This document shows positions 11,315 to 21,341 of a stretch of DNA of 35,330 nucleotides, piece after piece (within the stretch, counting starts at the first letter, position 1; each line of letters begins with the position of its first letter). Under the pieces are notes generated by a model, which had not been told where the DNA came from, searched no databases, and was given only the letters and a program-made list of their open reading frames with translations. Source of the DNA: Chrysochromulina tobinii (taxonomy: Eukaryota); assembly GCA_001275005.1 (NCBI GenBank), contig JWZX01002498.1, positions 1 to 35,330 on the forward strand, written 5' to 3'. A program made the translations under genes and the position numbers.

Positions 11315-12723
11315 ATGCGACGTACTTCCGAGCAGCGCAGCACGCTGCCAGCATGGTGGACGCGACTAGAGGAGGCCGGGCCAACGAAAAAATGGAAGCC
11401 GCACTTCGTGCCGTACGATGCTGCATGTCCTGCTCGCCCCATGCGCTGGATGAGCACTCGCTGGCGTGGCCAGCATAATCTATCGGATCCTTGCTTCCAT
11501 TTTCCGCAGGGCATCGCTCGACGTTGCGATTGGACAGTATTGATGCACGGACAGAAGACCAAGCAAGGGTCCAAAGGCATGGAGCTGCGCGTCTATGGCA
11601 GTGCGTCGCGGCAGCCACGACACATCTTCGTGAGAGCCGATAAATGGATCCTCGAGCGCTTCTTCGCACGGGTGCTCCCACTCATAAGAAACACGACACG
11701 TTTCGTGCTGCTCACGGGCGATTCGGATATGACGGTTCCAAAGCAGGTCGACAGCCGCTTCCCATCGTACGTTGGAACCGAGCTCGGCCGTCAGCTCGAC
11801 GCTCTACGAACCGACCCGCGGCTGGTGCACTGGTTCGCAGAGAACCTCGACACGGCTGGCTTGCCCAAGATGTCGGCACTGCCCATCGGCATGATTGAGG
11901 CGCGGCCCGAGCTCGATAGGGTAGCGATGAGCCCCCCGGTGCGTCGAAGTTGCTCCGTACCGGGCGTCGTACCGGGCGCGCCCCGGTGCCCCCCGGCGCG
12001 TGCTCTGTGCGTGGCACGGCTGCCACCGGTGATGCGTCCCCAGTGGTTGGACCGGCAAGACGTGCAGAAGCTCTGTCGTGGCCCGTGGGCGGGATTTACG
12101 AGCACGTCCGCGACACGCAGGGGCGACGCGGGGGGGAAGGTCGACCTGATTTCGTCCGAGCAGTGGGTCGCGACACTGGCTCGACACGAGTTCACACTCT
12201 GTGTGCACGGAGGCGGTCTCTCGCCCAATCCGAAGGCGTGGGAGGCATTGCTCGCGGGCTCGATTCCGATCCTCGCACGCGACCCCGAGGGAATGGGCAG
12301 TCTCACCGAAGTGTTCGAGGGGCTTCCCGTCGCGTGGGTGACGCGCTGGTCAGCCGATGCGTTGTCGCCGACCAAATTGCAGGCATGGCTCAAGGAGCTT
12401 CGCCCGGCGTTTGAACAGCCGGAGAAGCGCGCGGAGGTCCTCAAACGGCTTAGTATGGAGTACTGGTGGCAAAAGGTGGAGGCAATGGCAAATAAGGGCG
12501 GCGGTGGCGGGAGCGAGGGCATCGCCGAGACAGGGGTGGAGGGCGGCGGCGGCGGCGAGACTGAGGACGAGGCAAAGAAAGCGCGCAGGAGGCGGAAATT
12601 GGAGAGGATGGCCAGGATGGCGAAGGGGGGCGGCGACGGCGGGAGTGAGGACGAGGCACGGGCAGGCACGAGTAAGAGGCGGGAGAAGGACGCGCAGGCG
12701 GAGGAGCAGCCTTCTACGGTGGT

Positions 12724-12756
<33 letters not shown>

Positions 12757-12964
12757 CTCCAACTCACCAGGAACATGGTCACAGGACTTGGAGGCAAAGG
12801 CCCGGCGACGGAAGGAGAAGCAGCGGCGGAAGCTCGAGCGCGAGAAGGTCCTGTCGAAGCAGCGTACCGGTAGGAGTGCTTCCGAGGGGTCACCTGCAGT
12901 CGTTCATGTTCATACCGGGCGGAGTGCTCCCGAGGGGGCACTGGCGGCTAACAGTGGAAAATGA
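11315..12964 (+). CDS. Exostosin/GT47-related glycosyltransferase-like protein with charged low-complexity C-terminus, intronless
   Basis: Motifs FVLLTGDSD, LVHWFAENLD, ALPIG, HEFTLCVHGGGLSPNPKAWEALLAGSIPI, FEGLPVAWV..W resemble the GT47-like F.L.P.G.G....R.WEAL..G.IP motif. Start codon uncertain. Confidence 0.6.
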
Positions 12965-13466
12965 GCACCCCGCACTCCTCAGTCGCAGCTGCTTCGACGT
13001 GAAATTGGGTTCTTTCGCCGCCCGCACAATCGTTTAGAGCCCACAAACATAATGCGCGAAAATGATCCCCTTGTCCCATGTCCCGCCTTCCGACCACTCT
13101 GCTTCTTACAGCAAGCCCTGCTGTGGTCTCGTCGATGGTGCATGGTCTCGTCTCGCCCCAGTGTGTCAGTGTACCGGTGTGTGCCCCGCCCCCGGCTCCC
13201 CCCCGGTGTCTTTGTGCAGGCTCTTCAGGAGTGTCTTTTTGCCTTGCTTGTTGTCTTTTTCGGTAAACCGGTCACCTTGAAACACGTATAGAGTTGCGAG
13301 TTGGAATCTTCTGACGATGCGACGACGACAAGACACACACTTTTTCCAACGATAACGACAACTACGGTACATCATCAACGAACCCCATCCTGCATGCCCT
13401 CGAGTAGGCGGCCGAGTATTAACAGCCAGTTCACACGAGTTGGATGTGAACGTGAACACGAGTTGG

Positions 13467-14579
13467 ATGCCGAAAATGGAATTTGGAAAAATGCAAACGC
13501 CACGTTCGACCGACATGCTGCTCCATCACGAGGTGTTCAAGAACGAGGGAGCCACGCCCGGCCCCGCCAAGGCACATGAGTGGCGTGACTCGAACAGCAC
13601 GCCAACCTCGGTCCTCGATGCGATGCAAGAGCTCGAAGCGATGCAAGAGGGTCGAGCGCAGATTGACGCCGATTGGGCGGCGGCGGCACTGCCATCGCCG
13701 ACTGTGCCGCCGGCTGCTGCGGAGCCACTCACACCTGCACCTGCGCCGCTGCCGCCAACCCCACTGCCAGTGCCGCCTCCACCCACGAATGTGGCGGAGC
13801 TCCGCGTCACGCCATGCGCAGAGCTGCCCCTCGTGTCCACAGTCGAGGGGTTCGCGACTGCGGCGGAGTGCGAGAGCCTCATTGCGGCGGCTTACGAAGT
13901 GCTGGCTTCGTACGACCGGGAGCCCCAGCCACGCGAGCGCATCCCCGTTGCTGCGAGCAGTGAGGCACGGCGCCTGCACGCGAGGCTCCACGCTCGTCTG
14001 CTCTCGCTCATCGAGGCGTGGCCAGGCGATGAGCTGCGATGGGCCACGGACCTTTTTGGACAGGGCGCCGGGCTAAGTGAGATGACGTTCCGATACTCAG
14101 CCGGGGAACCTGCGATCAACATCTACACGGTCGGTGGCGAGTTCGCGCCGCACACGGACGAGGAGCACCTCACCATGCTCATGCCGCTCAGCGGCGGCTT
14201 TGAAGGCGGGGGCACTGCGTTCTGGGGGGCGACCAGCCACCTCCGTCCCGATTTGGGAGTGGACGGTTTGAGCACGGAGGAGCGTATGCGCGCGCATGCG
14301 GACCGCACGAACTGGCTGCCGCCTCAGCTCGTGCTCAAGCCGCCCGCGGGCACGGCAATCCTCTTCGGGGGCGATGTAACGCACGCGGGCTTGCCTGTTT
14401 TGGAAGGCACGCGTCACTTGTTCGTGATGTCGTTCTCGCTCAAGCCAGCTTGGAGGCCACGCGTCATCTACGTGCACGAGGAGGACGAGGAGGACGAGGA
14501 GGACGAGGAGGACGAGGAGGACGAGGAAGACGAGGAAGACGAGGACGAGGACGAGGATATTGATGACGATGCGCGGTGA
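13467..14579 (+). CDS. 2-oxoglutarate/Fe(II)-dependent oxygenase (prolyl-4-hydroxylase-like) with acidic tail
   Basis: NIYTVGGEFAPHTD (HxD), FEGGGTAF, HAGLPVLEGTRHLFVMSF (distal His and Arg); (EDE)n tail from a gaggacgag repeat at about 14478-14560. First in-frame ATG is 13467. Confidence 0.85.
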   Translation: MPKMEFGKMQTPRSTDMLLHHEVFKNEGATPGPAKAHEWRDSNSTPTSVLDAMQELEAMQEGRAQIDADWAAAALPSPTVPPAAAEPLTPAPAPLPPTPLPVPPPPTNVAELRVTPCAELPLVSTVEGFATAAECESLIAAAYEVLASYDREPQPRERIPVAASSEARRLHARLHARLLSLIEAWPGDELRWATDLFGQGAGLSEMTFRYSAGEPAINIYTVGGEFAPHTDEEHLTMLMPLSGGFEGGGTAFWGATSHLRPDLGVDGLSTEERMRAHADRTNWLPPQLVLKPPAGTAILFGGDVTHAGLPVLEGTRHLFVMSFSLKPAWRPRVIYVHEEDEEDEEDEEDEEDEEDEEDEDEDEDIDDDAR

Positions 14580-14754
14580 AGAGGAGGAAGACGATAAGGA
14601 GCTCAGCGGTCGAATGGATATGGGGATGGGGAGCATCAGTCAGTACGGTATGCATGATAGTTAGATCAGTCGTGAAGTATAAATCTATACGTAATAGGTT
14701 TGCGATCTCCCAGGGGTTCCGGCGTTCCGCGGAGTTCTCTCGTCTCAAATATAA

Positions 14755-17700
14755 TCACGTGAGGTCCATCACGTTGGCACTCGCATCACTCTCACCAGCA
14801 GCAGCAGCGCTCCGCGATGCCCCAAGCGACGCCGAGACGAGCGCGGAGCCGGCAAACCCGTCCTCGGGTGCACGCGGTTTGCCTCCACTCGCGCTGCCGA
14901 ACGCCTCCTCGATCGCGGGCATCTCTGCCACGCGGCTCGTGTCGATGTAAACGTGGATGAACGAGTTCGGAAGCACGCCAGCATCGGAGAGCGTCTGCTC
15001 GTCATTGAGCAGCTCATCGCCGTCAATAAAGAGGCGCTGCTGAGACGGCGACCATTCGGTCGCTTGGTAGATACGCAGCTTCAGATTGAGGACGTTGATG
15101 GACGAGCTGGCGCGAACGCTCAACTTCGAGCCTGCCGACGCACGCGACGATCGGCGGGCGGGCCGCCCGCTGTCGCCGCCGCCGCTGCTGTCCGCCACAT
15201 CGACGCTGCCGCCCCCGCCGCCCCCGCCGCCGCCGCTGCCGCCGCCGCTCCCGCTTGCTTTATCCACGTTTGGCAGAGCCGCCAGCTTCTTCAAATGCAC
15301 GGGCTGCTCCGTGTACTCGAGGAGCGCACCGAGCACTTCTAAGCCCAGTTTCGTCGAGCACCCCTCGCACACGGGGGGCTGACATACGAAGCTGCCGTCG
15401 TCACGCAGCTCGCAGCTCGGCAGCCGCAGATCCGTGAGATCGGACAGCGAAGCTCCGTTGGCAAGCTCGAGCGCTTCCTCTGCAGTGACCATGCACAAGC
15501 GTGCGCCTAATTGCTTGTCTCGCTCGGCCTCACGGCGGCTGAGCGCACCGCCGCTGCCGCCGCGCTCTCCATAGCGGCCTTCAAAGGATCCATTCCGAGG
15601 CAGAAGGCCCATCACGTTGCGGACACACAGCTCAGGCTGAATGAGCAGCTTGCCATGATCCGTGCAGCACTCGGCGCCGCGTGGCGCGCCAGGCTTGCTT
15701 ACGTGGGTCGATTGCACGGCATGGCGCCATTCGGCGATCCATGTGCCATCCAGGAGGTAGAGCGGCCTCGTAGAACGTAGGACGTCGGGGTCGAGCCGCC
15801 CATCCTCCTGCAGCAGCCGCCCCAAGCGCTGCCGCTGCGCTGAGCGTGAGGCGATCTCCGACTTGGCGCTCAACTTGGCGCTCATCTTCTCATCCGCCTT
15901 GGCGGCTTCCCTCTCGCATTCCGACACCAGGCACGCCGCGCACTCGACCAGACGGCCATCGCCGTCGCCTCTGCCAACGGCCTCGACCAGTATCGGAATG
16001 CTGTCGGGGAACAGGGCAAAGAGATGCCCCCACGCCTCGGCGCCGATCGTGCGTGCATGCGCCTCGAGCCGCAGCAGCTTATCGTGTGGGCAGAAGAGCT
16101 CGCGTGTCGCATCCCTCTGTCCCTCGCTAAGCCATCTGACCCATTTGCTTCCAGTGAGCCTGGGCACGTAGTAGTAGTCGTCATGCGGCACGCCCCCATC
16201 GCCTCCGTTCGCCTCCACTGAGGCGTGTTTCGTCAGACTGGACGAGGCGCTGTTGAGGGCGACCGCCAGCGCGGCCTTGTGCGCCTCCTTGGCCATCTCC
16301 AGCTGCCTCCTCTCCCATTCCGCGTCCGCACACTCGACGCACCCGGTCGCAAGTAGCTCCGGTCCTCCTCCAAAGAGCCCGAGGAGCTTTTGCCATGCGG
16401 CTACCGAGATGAGTTTCATCGCGCCGGTGCTCACGTGCTTCGGGTCCGCCGCTCCACCGTGGCAGCACTCGATAAATTGGTTGCGAATGGGTCCGAGCTC
16501 GTCGGTGGTGCCTCGTGGCCCCAGTGTCAGGCACGCTTGCAGCCACCTGCTCTCGATCCATCGGCCGTCGTGGCCATCAGAGCGAAGGATCGGACGGAGC
16601 TCGTCGATAAGAGTCTGCCGCGCCGTGAGGCGCTCAGTGTGCGCGCACAGAGCGTCCTGATACTTCTCGGTGGCGGCACGCAGCGCCACATTCGCCGCAT
16701 GCACCGCCTCGCGCACCGTCGCCGGCGCCTGCACCTCCGCGTGCGTCGCCTGCGCCTCCGCGATCACATCGTCGCGCGTGTACATGAGCATGTACGCCTC
16801 GTGCGATGCAAAGAGCCGCCCGTCGCAGGGGGCGCTCTGCTTGAGGAGCGTCACGCCGTTCGGCTTGGGCTTGGTCGCCGCCTTGGCAGGGTCGAAATCT
16901 TCCTCTGTGACGAGCTCGTCGTTCACCGTCAGCCAGCGTGCGGCCGGACTCTGTTCGAGAATACGCGCCGTATAGTGCCCCGAGTGCGCCGACGCCCCCG
17001 AATGCATCAAGACCGCCGTCAGTCGATAGGTGTTCACAGCTTGGGTCGAGGGCGCATTGCTGTGAACATGGCTGTGGCCGCCAGCCGGGCCGAAGACAAG
17101 CGAGCTCGTGTCAAGGAGCTCTGGGAAAATGATCGGGTCGCTCACCTTCTTCTTGGCATCCTTGTTCGGATCGTACACAAAGCGCTTGAGCTGCAGGCAG
17201 AGCACCGGCGGCAGCTGGCGAATCGCGATCTGCCGTGTGGCGTCGCGACGGCCCTTGCAGTGAATGCACTCGTACTGGTTGCTCCCGTCGAGATGCTCCA
17301 CTGCTATATACTCGTCGAGCGCTTGCTGCAGCGTCGGGCGCACATTGAGATCCAGTTCATAGAACGGGAAGCAGATGGACGACGAGTCGGAGGGCGTGCG
17401 GCAGGTGCAGCACTGCGTGTGGTAGCAAAACGAGCCGCGAAAGTGGTCCTGAACGAGGGTTTGTATGGCCGGCTCCGGAGAAAGCTTCAGCTGCTCCTCT
17501 AGGAATGAGAGCAGCAGCTTGCAAAACTCCGACGCATCCTGCTGCACGGACACGTCGAGGCTGAGCGCGGACGTGAGGGCCGCCGGGTCGTAGCACGCGG
17601 AGTCCGAATGCTGAAGATTCGCAAACAGGAGTTGCAGCTGGCGGCAGACCTCATCGGCCCGCACCTCCTCTGGGCGGCGCGACGAGCCGGTGGAGGCCGC

Positions 17701-18108
17701 CGCCGCCGCTGCCTCGGGCGGTGGTGGCTGCCCACTGCTACCGCCACCAGCACCTGCCCCACCAGCCCACTTGTAGATGCCACGGCGGAATCCGACATTC
17801 ATGTGCAGGCATTGAAGCAGCGAGTTCATGTAGCATGTTGCCCCGAGATTGCGGAGACCTGTGCCTGCCGTGGCGTCGGTACGCACTTTGTCTCTTGGCT
17901 CCAACCCGAATAAGAGCTTCGCGTCTGCATCCTTGGCGGCCTTCTTTGCGGCCGCCTCCACAGCCTGGAGATCGGTCGGATCTGCCGCGCTCTTCTGCTT
18001 CTTCGCCGCAGCTTGCGTGGCCAGTCCATAGATGTACTGTTGCCGCGCCTTGGCGTCGGACAGCTGCGGCATCGGCATCGCGTCGCGACGCACTTTCTTG
18101 CCAGACAT
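14755..18108 (-). CDS. Ubiquitin-specific protease, USP48/UBP26-like (C19 peptidase, DUSP-like segments, C-terminal ubiquitin-like domain), intronless
   Basis: Cys box GLRNLGATCYMNSLLQCL, QQDASEF, LQLKRFVYD, His box HSGASAHSGHYTA, DUSP-like C.HG segments, C-terminal UBL (LKLRIYQATEWSPSQQRLFIDGDELLNDEQTLSDAGV). ATG at 18108 (MSGKKV) preferred over 18306. Confidence 0.92.
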   Translation of the reverse strand: MSGKKVRRDAMPMPQLSDAKARQQYIYGLATQAAAKKQKSAADPTDLQAVEAAAKKAAKDADAKLLFGLEPRDKVRTDATAGTGLRNLGATCYMNSLLQCLHMNVGFRRGIYKWAGGAGAGGGSSGQPPPPEAAAAAASTGSSRRPEEVRADEVCRQLQLLFANLQHSDSACYDPAALTSALSLDVSVQQDASEFCKLLLSFLEEQLKLSPEPAIQTLVQDHFRGSFCYHTQCCTCRTPSDSSSICFPFYELDLNVRPTLQQALDEYIAVEHLDGSNQYECIHCKGRRDATRQIAIRQLPPVLCLQLKRFVYDPNKDAKKKVSDPIIFPELLDTSSLVFGPAGGHSHVHSNAPSTQAVNTYRLTAVLMHSGASAHSGHYTARILEQSPAARWLTVNDELVTEEDFDPAKAATKPKPNGVTLLKQSAPCDGRLFASHEAYMLMYTRDDVIAEAQATHAEVQAPATVREAVHAANVALRAATEKYQDALCAHTERLTARQTLIDELRPILRSDGHDGRWIESRWLQACLTLGPRGTTDELGPIRNQFIECCHGGAADPKHVSTGAMKLISVAAWQKLLGLFGGGPELLATGCVECADAEWERRQLEMAKEAHKAALAVALNSASSSLTKHASVEANGGDGGVPHDDYYYVPRLTGSKWVRWLSEGQRDATRELFCPHDKLLRLEAHARTIGAEAWGHLFALFPDSIPILVEAVGRGDGDGRLVECAACLVSECEREAAKADEKMSAKLSAKSEIASRSAQRQRLGRLLQEDGRLDPDVLRSTRPLYLLDGTWIAEWRHAVQSTHVSKPGAPRGAECCTDHGKLLIQPELCVRNVMGLLPRNGSFEGRYGERGGSGGALSRREAERDKQLGARLCMVTAEEALELANGASLSDLTDLRLPSCELRDDGSFVCQPPVCEGCSTKLGLEVLGALLEYTEQPVHLKKLAALPNVDKASGSGGGSGGGGGGGGGSVDVADSSGGGDSGRPARRSSRASAGSKLSVRASSSINVLNLKLRIYQATEWSPSQQRLFIDGDELLNDEQTLSDAGVLPNSFIHVYIDTSRVAEMPAIEEAFGSASGGKPRAPEDGFAGSALVSASLGASRSAAAAGESDASANVMDLT

Positions 18109-18304
18109 GTGAAGAGGTTCTCTCCGAGAATACGGGAGCTGACTTTTTTCGCAATGACACAGTGATCTTCTGGACCGTGAATGAGTGGTGGAGTTGATTG
18201 AATACATGTGCTGAACTTGAGACGAAACACTGCGTTCACGAGTTCGTTCACACGTCGCGGGCCTACTCGCGCGGCAAAGGACGAAACGCGTCTCGCGGGA
18301 CATC

Positions 18305-18898
18305 ATGCTGCGGCTGCCGCTCCAAACCGCCCTACTGGGCGGCGTGCTCTACGGCCCGGCACCCTGCTCCCAAGCACCTCTTGGAGAACAGTGCAACGGC
18401 TCCCGGTGCCATCCCGACAACAGCAATTGCCCGCCAGTGTCGACTCACCCATCTTGCGGAGAGCATCCTCACTCCGGGCGCGATGGTGCGCTCCTCACCT
18501 GGGGCAAGGACTTCCGCGCCGGCTCTGCGCAGGAGTGCTGCGACAAGTGCAAGGCACACCCGAAGCACTGCAACTCGTGGACGTTCTGCCCGTTGCCCGT
18601 CTGCTGGGGTCTCGACTCGGGCAACAACCACACGTTTGGCGAGTGCTGGCTGCGACGTCTCCAGGACGTGCAGGCGGACTCAAGCTTTCGTCAGCGCGGC
18701 AAGTACACGCAGGAGTGGCTTCTTTGGCACCGGCGCGTGCGCCCAGGCTGCAAGCACAAGGAACCGTGGCATTGTTCTCCGACTCACGTGCCGTATACTT
18801 CCGGAGCGATCGGGGGCCCGCCGTACGACCCGACGGCCGAGTTCCGTACCGGTGGCAAGTGGGGCAACGTGTGGGTGAAGCCGGGGAGTGGTAGTTGA
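18305..18898 (+). CDS. Secreted Cys-rich PAN/apple-like domain protein
   Basis: Hydrophobic N-terminus; SAQECCDKC..CNSWTFCP..C......GECWLR..VPYTSG pattern typical of plant/algal PAN-like proteins. Confidence 0.7.
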   Translation: MLRLPLQTALLGGVLYGPAPCSQAPLGEQCNGSRCHPDNSNCPPVSTHPSCGEHPHSGRDGALLTWGKDFRAGSAQECCDKCKAHPKHCNSWTFCPLPVCWGLDSGNNHTFGECWLRRLQDVQADSSFRQRGKYTQEWLLWHRRVRPGCKHKEPWHCSPTHVPYTSGAIGGPPYDPTAEFRTGGKWGNVWVKPGSGS

Positions 18899-19292
18899 CG
18901 ACGGGCTGGTCACAGTCGCAGACGTCACATCCGCCACAAGCTTTGCACTGTGTTCTTTTACGCTCGGCATTATACAGACTTAGCGGCACCGGCGTTTAGT
19001 TTTAAGGGAAACGAAAGCGGTTTGGGGCGTTGCGCGGCCCCGGGTTACTAACACGCGCCGCGCGCCGCTGTTTTTGTGCCCGCGCGAGGCTGTTTTTGTG
19101 TACGGGCGACCGCTGCCATCGACCTTGTGGGATGGTCTTCGAGGAAGATATTATGAATATGAGATGCGTGAATTCCTTGGTCCGCACACGGCACCCATCG
19201 CATGCACGTCGATCCGCCTGGAACACGTGGAGACACTTCACGCACTTCCAAAAATATGTGAGCTCTGCCTCCGGCATCTCTCAACGGATTCG

Positions 19293-21191
19293 TCACCGCA
19301 TCTCAGGGGATGCGTTCTTGGCGCCCGACTCGTCGCCCAGGAAGGTGGCGAGCACCGCCGCCGCGAGCGCGAGCTGCTTCTTGAGCGAGAGCCGGTACGA
19401 GACGAGCGCAATCTGGCACGGGAGCACCGGATCTCCCCGCGCAGATGCCATCTCGAGCGCGAGCAGCTCCTTCGCGTCCTCATCGAGCGAGGTCGTCATC
19501 TCGCCCAATCTCCACCGGATGGCGGCGAGCAGCGGCGCGGGTCTGATGGGCTCCTCGCCCTTGGGCACCTGATGAGGGAGGCCATCAGCATGCAATCAGG
19601 CGCGGGTCTGATGGGCTCCTCGCCCTTGGGCACCTGATGAGGGAGGCCATCAGCATGCAATCAGGCGCGGGTCTGATGGGCTCCTCGCCCTTGGGCACCT
19701 GATGAGGGAGGCCATCAGCATGCAATCAGACTCAATCAGTCTGATGGGCTCCTCGCCCTTGGGCACCTGATGAGGGAGGCCATCAGCATGCAATCAGACT
19801 CAATCAGTCTGATGGGCTCCTCGCCCTTGGGCACCTCCCCCAGCAGGCACTCGAACGATGATGATGGCCATGCAAGGGCAATCAGCGCACCTCCCCCAGC
19901 AGGCACTCAAACACAGCCGCGAGCCGCGCCGACGAGGCCAGCGACGAGCCGCGATGCGCGTCAAACGCCGCCAGCAAACCGCCGATCGCCGCGCTCGACT
20001 CGGTGAGCGGTGTCGAGGGACTTGCGGCGGCAGCTGCCGTAACCCCCGGGGCGTTGGCCGCGATGGCAGCGCCGAGGGTCGCACGCAAAAGCTTCGCATC
20101 CTTGGCACACCCGTCGCTTGGCACGAAGCCATACTGAGCGAAGAGTTGCTCACCTGATGAGGAGGCACGCAGATGCCATCAGATGCGAGCAGAAGACGCA
20201 AGCAGACGCAAGCAGAAGGTGCAAGCAGACGTAATTGATGATGGATGCAATCAGGTGCAATCAGATGCAATCAGTCCTCACTCGAGTAGTCCGGATCGTA
20301 ATTGATGGTCACCTCCTCCCCTGGCTTGAGGTCGGCTAGCGCGGTGAGCGTCGCGCCGTCTTGGGCATCGACGCGGAAGTTGGCCGTGGGCACGTCCGCG
20401 TGCTGCGCCATGTCCAAGAACGGCACGAAGGCGAATGTGTCGCCGTCGGCCATCGCAAAGCAGCGCGAGACCACGAGCGCATACGCGTAGGGCAGTGGAC
20501 GAGGGATGTATTCCATCGGGAAGCCCCTGTTTGTGTAGGAGGCGGTGACCGGGTGCGTCGCGTGCGCGTGGAGCGATGGGTGCAGATCCTGGAAGAGCGC
20601 CCTCTTGGCCTGCACCTTCGCTTGCAGCTCCACATTCTGCAGCTCCGGCAGCATAGCCTGTGGAAGACAGAGCGGGTGCGTCATCGACGGCGGCGGCGGC
20701 ATCAACTTGCGATAGTCGTCCCAGAAGCCGCCCGCTCCGCCCGCGGTCGCTTCGTAGACGGCGAGCGCGAGCCGCACATCCCATGTGGCGCCGCGCTGGA
20801 AGAGCTCCTCGCCGACCTCCTCGCGCAAGTCGCCAGCGGCCTCCCACATGACTTCCGTTTGGCCCTGAAGACCACCGATGCGTCCTGAGCGATGCGCGGT
20901 GAGCAGCAAGCTGGCGGGAACCGAGAGTACAATGTCACCCTTGCTCACTGCGCGACGCGTCACCAGCCGCCGGCCGCCGCTGCCACGCGCTGACCCTTCC
21001 AGCGTGATAGCGGTCAGCGGATCGTGCTCGGTGAGGAGCGCCGTAAAGAGTGCCGTGGGTCCGTCCGGCGGCTGCTGCAAGCTGATGGCGCTCACTCGTT
21101 GCCTGCAACGATGGCCGGCGCTCAGCCCGTAGGAGGCGCATGCGACAGCGTCGAGTGCTGAGTGGAACCCGAGCATGTTTGCGGCGAGCAT
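19293..21191 (-). CDS. SET-domain lysine methyltransferase, Rubisco-LSMT-like, 3 exons
   Basis: Exons 21191-20282, 20153-19891, 19568-19293. Motifs GRRLVTRRAVSKGDIVLSVP, VSRCF, VPFLDMAQH, GEEVTINY; splicing restores YSSEQLFAQYGF; C-terminal TSLDED..YRLSLK resembles the LSMT substrate-binding domain. Confidence 0.88.
19536..19835. repeat. 65/68-bp tandem repeat spanning intron acceptor and exon start (about 4.5 copies)
   Basis: Unit gtctgatgggctcctcgcccttgggcacctgatgagggaggccatcagcatgcaatcag, with acceptor-like AG at 19569, 19634, 19699 and 19767. Confidence 0.92.
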
Positions 21192-21341
21192 TGTGGTTTG
21201 GCGTCGCAAATGGATCTGGAAAATCTCAAATCTGAATTCGGTGAGTGTTTGGAACAGGACACGGTTCGCGCTCATTGCCTTGGCGGCTCATTGCCTGGAT
21301 GCACCCGCTCGCCGTATGCCCTTCCACACCCTCGTCTTGTC

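Noticed and set aside
16390..17502. 370-aa plus-strand ORF
   Set aside because: Shadow ORF antisense to the USP catalytic domain.
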